Shown here piece by piece: positions 51,360 through 60,268 of a stretch of 64,000 nucleotides of DNA (within the stretch, counting starts at the first letter, position 1; the number at the start of each line of letters is the position of its first letter). The notes under the pieces are model-generated. The model was given only the letters and a program-made list of their open reading frames with translations. It did no database searches and was not told the origin of the DNA. The DNA lies in the NCBI GenBank assembly GCA_028826165.1, contig JAPDFW010000132.1:1-64000 (forward strand). The letters run 5' to 3'. The DNA is from Anaeramoeba ignava BMAN. Taxonomy: Eukaryota > Protista > Anaeramoebae. The position numbers and the translations under genes are program-made.

Positions 51360-51930
51360 AAATTAAAAGAGGAATTGATTATTTTCAATTAAATCAAACA
51401 AATCTAAATTTATTTGATTTATTAATTATTAAATTTAATAATCAAAATTTAAAGAAAAGAAAGAAGAAAAGAAAGAAAAATGTTTAATTTTTTAAAAAGA
51501 AATTTAAATTAAAATTAAAATTGGAATTGATTATTTTCAATTAAATCAAACAAATCCAAATTTATTTGATTTAATAATTAAAATTTAAAGAAAAGAAAGA
51601 AGAAAAGAAAGGAAAATGTTTAATTTTTAAAATTAAAATTAAAAACAAAATTAAAAGAGGAATTGATTATTTTCAATTAAATCAAACAAATCCAAATTTA
51701 TTTGATTTATTAATTAATAAATTCAATAATCAAAATTACAAAAAGAAAGAAGAGAAGAAAGAAGAAAAGAAAGGAAAATGTTTAATTTTTTAAAAAGAAA
51801 TTTAAATTAAAATTAAAATTGGAATTGATTATTTTCAATTAAATCAAACAAATCCAAATTTATTTGATTTAATAATCAAAATTTAAAGAAAAGAAAGAAG
51901 AAAAGAAAGAAAAATGTTTAATTTTTTAAA
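51360..51930 (+). repeat. Four tandem copies of the 3' end (GIDYFQLN...KCLIF*) of the RCC1-BTB gene
   Basis: ggaattgattattttcaattaaatcaaacaaat begins at 51371, 51523, 51659 and 51821; each copy ends in aaatgtttaattttt(t)aa. Confidence 0.9.
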
Positions 51931-52179
51931 AAGAAATTATTAATGAAATTGGAGAATGATGAGCTGTAAAAGTATCAAAAAAAAACTAATTTATTTAATT
52001 TTTTATTTTTTCATTTTTTCATTTTTTGCTTTTTTAAAATTTTATTTTACAAATTAAAGAAAAAAAAAGTAAGAAAAAAAATAAAAAAGAAAAAAAATTT
52101 TTTGTTTTATTGATTACTTATTAATTTTTGAATTAATTTTATAAAACAAAAAAATAGTTTAAAAAAAAAAACACTCAAA

Positions 52180-54366
52180 ATGAAAAAACATACAATCTTT
52201 TTAATTATTTTGATAATTTTAATTGAACAAATTGGAAAAGTATCATCTCAATATGCAGATTCATCACCAGTTTCATTTACTTTTATTGATGAAATGACGG
52301 ATCAACTTGCGGGATTTGGACAAACTGTATCAGTTTCAAATGATGTAATGATAGTTGGAAGTCCATATTTTGGAGTTTTGATTTATAGATTTGATGGAAT
52401 AACATTTGTTTTAGAACAATCTATAAATGAACTAAGTATACAATTTGGATATAATGTTGCACTTGATGAAGAAGTATTTGTTGTTTCAGCTTATGATACA
52501 CATGAAATATTTATTTATAGATATAATGGATCATATTGGGATTTTGAAGCAAATTTTAGTGAAAATGTTGATGGTTATGGAAATGATGTTTCAATTTCAG
52601 GAAATGTTATTGTTGTTTCATCTTATAATAATCAACAAATATTCATTTATAGATATGATGGAAATAATTGGTTTTTTGAAGATGATTTTTTTGAACCAAC
52701 ACCTGGTTATGGAAATTGTGTTGCAGTTTCTGGAGATGTTATTGTTGTTTGTGCTTATGATAGTACTCAAGTATTCACTTATAGATATAGTAATTTAATT
52801 TGGGTTTTCGAACAAAATATTGTTGAATCAAATGGATTTGGATATTGTGCTGCAATTGAAAATAATCTTATGCTTATTGGTTCATTTGATAATGATACTG
52901 TTCAAGTTTATAGATATTATAATGGAAATTGGAATTACAATGATTACATTGAAGTTACTCCACTCCCTCAAGAAAATCAAATTCAAAATCAAAATCAAAA
53001 TCAAAATTCAAATCAAAACCAAAATCAAAATTCAAATCAAAATTCAAATCAAAATCAAAATCAAATTCAAATTCAAATTCAAAATCAAAATTCAAATCAA
53101 AATCAAAATCAAAATCAAATTCAAAAATCAAATTCAAAATCAAATTCAAATTCAAAATTGGGAATATTTCAATTTGGTTCATCCGTTTCAATTTCAGGTG
53201 ATATTATTGCTATTGGACAAAATTCAATAACCGCAATTTATTTGTACCAATATTATTCTAATGACTGGCATTTACAATATGCCAACACTTCACTTTGTTC
53301 ACCTGCACCAGTAAGTGTTTCAATTTCAAGAAATATTGGTGTTCTTGGAGTAGGAAATTGTATGGAAGTTGATGTTTATACAGCTTTTCCACCAACAATT
53401 AATTTGATAAATTGTAGTTCACTTTATTCTTCATTTGAATGTTATTGGAATAAAATTGATTATCCATTTCCAGTTGAGTATCAAATAGATTATGGAATTG
53501 GATGGCAAATTATGGAAGAACCAATTATTTTAGAAGGAAATATTTCTTATCAAATATTCAATTCATCTTATCCAAATATAACTGGAAATGCAAATTATTC
53601 AATAATAATTAAAGCTTGTGAACCTGTTTCAAAATTATGTGGAACTCAATCTTCACAAGTTGATTTAACAACAAGAATTCCTGTTGTTCAAAATTTAACT
53701 TTTGTTTCAACAAACAATTCAATCAATGTTACTTGGAATCCACCAAATGTTACAATGGATGGAGAAATTCCAGATCTTGATCATTATTTAATTACTTATT
53801 ATCAAGATAATGAATTAAGTATTACAAATATCACAGTTGACAATACAACAACTTCATTTGAAATGACTTCATTAGATTGTGGAACAACTTATCATTTTTC
53901 AATTTATGCTTGTAGAACATTAGAATGTTTAGCTGATGATATGGGACAAGTTTTTGAAACAACAATAGAAACAGTTTTTGATGAAGTTTATTTACTTCAA
54001 TGTTCAATGCTTTATGTTCTTGTGGTTTCATGTAGTTGGATTTCCCCAATTACTTGTTCTAACAATGCAACATCTTATATTTTCAGTTATCAATCAAGTT
54101 CAGGAACAGATTCAGGTTCATTTTTAGTTAATGGAACATCTACTACTTTTCTTGCTAAAATTGAAGATGAAAATTATAATGTTCAAGTTTCTGCTTGTAA
54201 TCGTGATCTTAATTGTGGAGAAGTTACTTTATCATCTAGTAAATCTGGATTAGAACCTTCACAAACTACTAAAAATTTAATGATAACTTCAGCAATTTTT
54301 CTTATTTTTGGATTTGTCTTTTTAATTGGATCTTTTATTTTTGTCAGAATAAGATTTCCTTTTTAA
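52180..54366 (+). CDS. FG-GAP-propeller/FN3/TM surface protein, copy 2
   Basis: Same architecture as 45811-47898; central FN3 region almost identical. Confidence 0.8.
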   Translation: MKKHTIFLIILIILIEQIGKVSSQYADSSPVSFTFIDEMTDQLAGFGQTVSVSNDVMIVGSPYFGVLIYRFDGITFVLEQSINELSIQFGYNVALDEEVFVVSAYDTHEIFIYRYNGSYWDFEANFSENVDGYGNDVSISGNVIVVSSYNNQQIFIYRYDGNNWFFEDDFFEPTPGYGNCVAVSGDVIVVCAYDSTQVFTYRYSNLIWVFEQNIVESNGFGYCAAIENNLMLIGSFDNDTVQVYRYYNGNWNYNDYIEVTPLPQENQIQNQNQNQNSNQNQNQNSNQNSNQNQNQIQIQIQNQNSNQNQNQNQIQKSNSKSNSNSKLGIFQFGSSVSISGDIIAIGQNSITAIYLYQYYSNDWHLQYANTSLCSPAPVSVSISRNIGVLGVGNCMEVDVYTAFPPTINLINCSSLYSSFECYWNKIDYPFPVEYQIDYGIGWQIMEEPIILEGNISYQIFNSSYPNITGNANYSIIIKACEPVSKLCGTQSSQVDLTTRIPVVQNLTFVSTNNSINVTWNPPNVTMDGEIPDLDHYLITYYQDNELSITNITVDNTTTSFEMTSLDCGTTYHFSIYACRTLECLADDMGQVFETTIETVFDEVYLLQCSMLYVLVVSCSWISPITCSNNATSYIFSYQSSSGTDSGSFLVNGTSTTFLAKIEDENYNVQVSACNRDLNCGEVTLSSSKSGLEPSQTTKNLMITSAIFLIFGFVFLIGSFIFVRIRFPF

Positions 54367-54463
54367 TCTTTTTTTTTCCAAATTTCTTTTTTTCTTTTTC
54401 CAAATTTCTTTTTCTTTTTCAAAATTCAAATTCAAATTCAAAATCAAATTTTATTTTTAATTT

Positions 54464-55916
54464 TTAAATGAAAAAAGTTTCAAGTTCATCAACAATCCAT
54501 TTATCATAAGAACCAGCTAAATAACTTTTAGCTTCATTTGTATCATATTTAATTCCATTAGGAGTATTATAAGAATATCCAAAATTTGTATAACCACCTT
54601 GTAATTTAGAATTTAATCGAAGATCACTTCCTGATCCAAAAAATGGACCCTCAGTTAAATCAGATAAAATTGCATAATTTGTTTGATTTTTGTTAATTGT
54701 AAATTTTTCAGGTTTTCTATTATTCTTATCATTTCTTAATGAAAAAATAAATGCATTTGGATCTGGAATATATCCCCAATTACTTCTTCTATCATTTTGT
54801 CTCCATTTTGATTTATTCATTGTAAATCCAATTTGAGTAAATCCTCCAAAAATAAAATTATCTTTTGTTTTGATAATAACTAATGTTTTTCCTTTATCAT
54901 CACAAATTGAATGCCATTTTTGAGAATCAAATCCATCTTTTTTTGCTGAAAATCCTTTTTTCATTTTGGAAAAGAATTCATCATCATTTATCCATTCTTT
55001 TAATTTCTTAAAGTATTCACTTTTTTGAATAATTTCTGAAGAATTCAAACTAACTCTTGTTTTGAAAATGAATAAATTTTCATTTTGAATAAATTTATCT
55101 AATTCTTTTTCATCTTCTTCTTGAATTTTTTGGAATTGAATTAACTTTTGTGAAATTTGATTTGGAATTAAATCTTCTTTTAAAGTATCTTCAAGTTCTT
55201 CTTTTGAAAAATCAATAAATCTTATTTTATCAATAATATTTGAAATTTGTTTTTGTAATTTTTTCTTTTTTTCATTTTCTTTTTCTTGATTAATATTTGA
55301 TTTATGTTTTCCCCATTTTATTATTGATTGGAAAATTTCAAATTCTTTTATTAAAATTTTCCCATTTAATAAAATTGAATTTAAATGATTTTCTTCAAGT
55401 TCAAGAAAAAATGAAGTTTTGATAAATTCTTGAAAATTATCAAAAATAAATTGATAAGAAAAATCCAATAATTGATTTAAGTTCATTGATTCAGATAATT
55501 TAAGAACATCAATAATAGTTTCAATTTGTAAATTATTTTTGATAAAATTTGAAGAAATTTCAATTAATTCATCAATTAAATATTTTGATGAAAAAATTAA
55601 AATTTCAATAACATTTTCTGAATTAATTTCAATTTTTCCTGAATAAAAATAATTCAAAATTGAAAATAGAATTGAACTTGAAACATCTTGAAGAATTAAT
55701 TTATTTTCTTGATATTCTTTCATTTTTGATTTAAAAAGATTTTTAAAATATTCACTTCTTGAAGAAAGAATTGATTTATGAGTTTTAAATGAAATTTGAT
55801 TTTGTTCACAAATTTATTTCAAAATCAAAATAATTTTCTTCTTGATTTTGGTTTTGATTTTGAAATAAATTTTTTAAATCATTTGAAAGTTTTTCTAAAT
55901 TTAAATAATTTTCCAT
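54464..55916 (-). CDS. BTB-BACK-TLDc protein, copy 3, with an apparent +1 frameshift near 55810-55815 (sequencing error or pseudogene)
   Basis: MENYLNLEKL start at 55916 matches the paralogs. Plus strand reads 'cacaaatttatttc' versus 'cacaatttatttc' and 'cacaaattatttc' in copies 1 and 2. Confidence 0.8.
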
Positions 55917-55967
55917 TTTTAAAATAAAAAAAATGAATTTTAAATTTTCATTTTTTTCATTTCAAAA
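55917..55967. promoter_or_regulatory. 51-bp bidirectional promoter, second copy
   Basis: Matches 49457-49508 except for A-run length. Confidence 0.6.
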
Positions 55968-57808
55968 ATGAATGAAATTTTATTTTTTGGTTCAAATAAA
56001 TATCCAAAACTTTTCAAAAATGAACTAGATTCAATAAGAAAACCAACTCAATTTAAATTTGAAAATGAAAATGAAAATCAAATTAAAGAAATTGTTTCAT
56101 CAGGTTTTGCAACAATTTTCCTTTTTAAAAATGGAAAAGCAATAGAATATTTAAATGAAAATGATTCAAATGAACCTCAAAAAATCCAAATTGAAAATAT
56201 TCAAAAAGTAACTGTTGATAATTCAAATGAAGCTATTTTAACAAAAGAAGGAAATGTATTTGCAAAAGGAATGAATATTAATCCAAAAAATCCAAATAAA
56301 TTTATCAATTTGTCTGAATTAATTGAAGATACAAATGATAGAATAATTGAAGATATTATTTGCACAGCAGGTTCAGTTTATTTATTAACTTCAAATCAAA
56401 ATGTTTATCAAAATTTATCAAAGGATTCTGATTCATTTCGTTTTGGATTTGGATCATTTAAAGATTTTCCTGTTTTATTGGCTCCAAAATTAATTGATCC
56501 AAATCAAAACCCTTTGATTGATAAAAACAATGAATTAAATGATTCTGAAACAGATAAAGAGAAGAAAAAGCACATAATGGTTTTAATGATGAAAAATGTT
56601 TCTAAAATGTTTCCAGGAAATACTTCAACTTTAATTTTTCTTTTAAATTCAAATCAAGAATTATTTGAATACAAAAGTGGTGGCTTTGTTGATTTAGGAT
56701 TAACTCAATCAACTGAAATCAAAAAACCAACCAAAATCCAAAATATTCCAAAAGTAAAATAATTGATATTCAATGTGGAGCTTATCATTCAGTAATGATG
56801 ATTGAAGAAGAAGATGAAAATGAAAATGAAAATCCAAAAAGAAAACTTTATTCATGTGGAGATTATCTATATAATGGACTTGGCATAGATTATCCTGTTT
56901 ATGAATTTACTGAAATTAAATCATCTTTATTTGAAAATGATAATATTCGTGATTTTTCTGTTGGAGAAACTCATACTTTGATTTTAACTGAAAAAGGAAA
57001 ACTTCTTGGATTTGGTTCTAATTCTTTTTTCCAATTAGCTATTGAAAGGACTTCTTATGACCAAAGAATTCCAATCCAAATTGAACTTCCTAAATTGAAA
57101 TATGATATTTCCAATTATCATATTTCTTGTGGAGTGATTAAATCATTTCTTTATTATTCCCCTTTTCTTTCCAATCTTGAAGAAGATTTGATAAAACTAT
57201 TTAGAAGAAAAGAATTTTGCAATATTTCATTTAAAACCAAAAATGGAGAAATAATTGAAGCTCATAAATTAATATTGAAATATAGATTAAATCAAAATCA
57301 AAATGAAATTGAAAAACTTAAAGAAATTATTTCAAATAAATCAATTAAAGAATCAAATCAAATATTTGAAATGATTTATTCAAATAGAATTATAAATTCA
57401 ATATTATATTCTGAAATTAAAGAAATTATAAATTCAAATGAAAAAATTGAAGAAACAATTAAAAGAATTTATTTAAATGAAAATGAAAATGAAAAAGATT
57501 TTATAATTGAAAGAAAAGAAAACCAATATAAATTTCCTAAATTAATATTAATAATGAGAAGTGAATTATATCGAGGAATGTTTTTATCTGTTATAAATGA
57601 TAAATCTAATAAAGTTACAGATTATAGTGAATTAAGTAATAAATCATTTCAAATATTTGAATATTGGATTTATTCAAATCAAATTAAAGATGAAATTAAA
57701 ATTACACAACAAATTATTGATGAAATTAAAATTGGGATTGATTATTTTCAATTAAATCAAACAAATCCAAATTTATTTGATTTATTAATTAACAAATTTA
57801 ATAATTAA
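55968..57808 (+). CDS. RCC1-BTB-BTB protein, copy 2, no CaaX; apparent -1 frameshift near 56754
   Basis: 'ccaaaagtaaaat' versus 'ccaaaaggtaaaat' in paralogs joins the ORFs at 55968 and 56795. Confidence 0.78.
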
Positions 57809-58225
57809 AATTAAAATTAAAATCAAAATCAAAATTAAAATTAAAATTAAAATCAAAATTAAAATTAAAATTAAAATTAAAATTAAAATCAAAATCAATA
57901 TTAAAATTAAAATTAAAATTAAAATTAAAATTAAAATTAAAATTAAAATTAAAATTAAAATTAAAATTAAAATTAAAATCAAAATTAAAATCAAAATTAA
58001 AATCAAAATTAAAATTAAAATTAAAATTAAAATTAAAATTAAAATTAAAATTAAAATTAAAATTAAAATTAAAATTAAAATTAAAATTAAAATTAAAATT
58101 AAAATTAAAATTAAAATTAAAATTAAAATTAAAATTAAAATTAAAATTAAAATTAAAATTAAAATTAAAATCAAAATTAAAATTAAAATTAAAATTAAAA
58201 TCAAAATTAAAATTAAAATTAAAAA
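57805..58225. repeat. (aaaatt)n hexamer array between RCC1 paralogs
   Basis: About 70 units. Confidence 0.92.
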
Positions 58226-58271
58226 TCCAAAAAACATTTTTTCATTTTTTTCATTTTTTTCTTTTTTAAAA

Positions 58272-60143
58272 ATGAATGATTGTTTATTTTTTGGTGAAAA
58301 TAATTATCCAAAATTTTTCAAAAATAAACCAAATAAAATAATAAAACCAATTCAATTTAAATTTGAAAATGAAAATGAAAATGAAAATGAAAATGAAAAT
58401 GAAGATCCAATTCTTATCAAAAATGAACCAGATAAAATAAAAAAACCAATTCAATTTAAATTTGAAAATGAAAATGAAAATGAAAATGAAAAACAAATTA
58501 AACAAATTTCAATAGGTTGTTTTTCAATAACTTTCCTTTTTAAAAATGGAAAAGCAATAGAATATTTACCATTTTCAAATCAAAATCCTCATAAAATCCA
58601 AATTGAAGAAAATATTCAAAAAGTAACTGTTGGTTCTGGAAATGAAGCTATTTTAACAATAGAAGGAAATGTATTTGCCAAAGGAAAATATATTAATCCA
58701 AAAAATAAAAAAAATTTTATCAATATTTCATCATTAATTGAAGATACAAATGATAGAATAATTCAAGATATTGTTTCTGGAGCTAATTCAATTTACTTAT
58801 TAACTTTAAATCAAAATGTTTATGGAATTGGTTTAAATGATTTTGGTCAGGTTGGTTCTGATTCTGAAACACTTTATAAAACAGAAAAACCAATTTTAAT
58901 GATGAAAAATGTTTCTAAAATATTTTCAGGAAATTCTTCAATTCATGTTTTTCTTTTAAATCCAAATCAAGAATTATTTGGATGCGGATATAATCGATTT
59001 GGTCAACTTGGATTAGGAGAATCAAAAAAAGAAACAATAAAAATCCAAAAATTAACCAAAATCCAAAATATTCCAAAAGGTAAAATAATTGATATTCAAT
59101 GTGGATATATTCATTCAGTAATGCTGATTGAAAATGAAAATGAAAATCCAAAAAGAAAACTTTATTCATGTGGTTATTATGAATATAATGGACTTGGCAA
59201 AGATGAAGACATTTACGAATTTACTGAAATCAAATCATCTTTATTTGAAAATGATGATAATATTCTTGATTTTTCTTGTGGAAATGGTTATACTTTGATT
59301 TTAACTTCCAAATCAAAATTAATAGTATTTGGAAGTAATGAATTAGGACAACTAGGAACTGGAGATACAAAAAATCAATTAATTCCAATTCAAATTGAAC
59401 TTCCTAAATTAAGATTTAATGAAGATATTTATAATTATCATATTTCTTGTGGAAATTACAAATCATTTCTTTATTATTCTCCTTTCCTTTCTCCTTTTCT
59501 TTCTAATCTTGAAGAAGATTTGATAAAATTATTTAGAAGAAAAGAATTTTGTGATATTTCATTTAAAACAGAAAATGGAGAAATAATTGAAGCTCATAAA
59601 TTAATATTGAAATATAGATTAAATCAAAATCAAAATCAAATTGAAAAACTTCAAGAAATTATTTCAAAAAAATCAATTAAAGAATCAAATCAAATATTTG
59701 AAATGATTTATTCAAACAATTCCAAAATAAATCCAAAATTATATTATGAAATTAAAGAAATTATAAATTCAAATGAAAAAATTGAAGAAACAATGAAAAG
59801 AATTTATTTAAATGAAAATGAAAATGAAAAAGATTTTATAATTGAAAGAAAAGAAAAACAATATAAATTCCCTAAATTAATATTAATAATGAGAAGTGAA
59901 TTATATCGAGGAATGTTTTTATCTGTTACAAATGATACTTCTAATAAAGTTACAGATTATAGTGAATTAAGTAATAAATCATTCCAAATATTAGAATATT
60001 GGATTTATTCAAATCAAATTAAAGATGAAATTCAAATTACACAAGAAGTAATTAATGAAATTCAAATTGGAATTGATTATTTTCAATTAAATGAAACATA
60101 TCCAAATTTATTGGATTTATTAACTAACAAATTTAATAATTAA
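58272..60143 (+). CDS. RCC1-BTB-BTB protein, copy 3, intact, no CaaX, duplicated N-terminal segment
   Basis: 623-aa ORF collinear with copy 1. Confidence 0.88.
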   Translation: MNDCLFFGENNYPKFFKNKPNKIIKPIQFKFENENENENENENEDPILIKNEPDKIKKPIQFKFENENENENEKQIKQISIGCFSITFLFKNGKAIEYLPFSNQNPHKIQIEENIQKVTVGSGNEAILTIEGNVFAKGKYINPKNKKNFINISSLIEDTNDRIIQDIVSGANSIYLLTLNQNVYGIGLNDFGQVGSDSETLYKTEKPILMMKNVSKIFSGNSSIHVFLLNPNQELFGCGYNRFGQLGLGESKKETIKIQKLTKIQNIPKGKIIDIQCGYIHSVMLIENENENPKRKLYSCGYYEYNGLGKDEDIYEFTEIKSSLFENDDNILDFSCGNGYTLILTSKSKLIVFGSNELGQLGTGDTKNQLIPIQIELPKLRFNEDIYNYHISCGNYKSFLYYSPFLSPFLSNLEEDLIKLFRRKEFCDISFKTENGEIIEAHKLILKYRLNQNQNQIEKLQEIISKKSIKESNQIFEMIYSNNSKINPKLYYEIKEIINSNEKIEETMKRIYLNENENEKDFIIERKEKQYKFPKLILIMRSELYRGMFLSVTNDTSNKVTDYSELSNKSFQILEYWIYSNQIKDEIQITQEVINEIQIGIDYFQLNETYPNLLDLLTNKFNN

Positions 60144-60268
60144 AATCAAAATTAAAATTAAAATCAAAATTAAAATTAAAATTAAAATTAAAATTAAAAT
60201 CAATTGGAGTAGCAAATAATAATTAAAAAAACATTTTTACTTTTTTTTTTCATTTTTTTATTTGGCAA

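Noticed and set aside
51360-51930. CRISPR-like look of a ~35-bp repeat with intervening sequence
   Set aside because: The intervening sequences are homologous to each other, the unit is a gene 3' end, and the context is eukaryotic with no cas genes.
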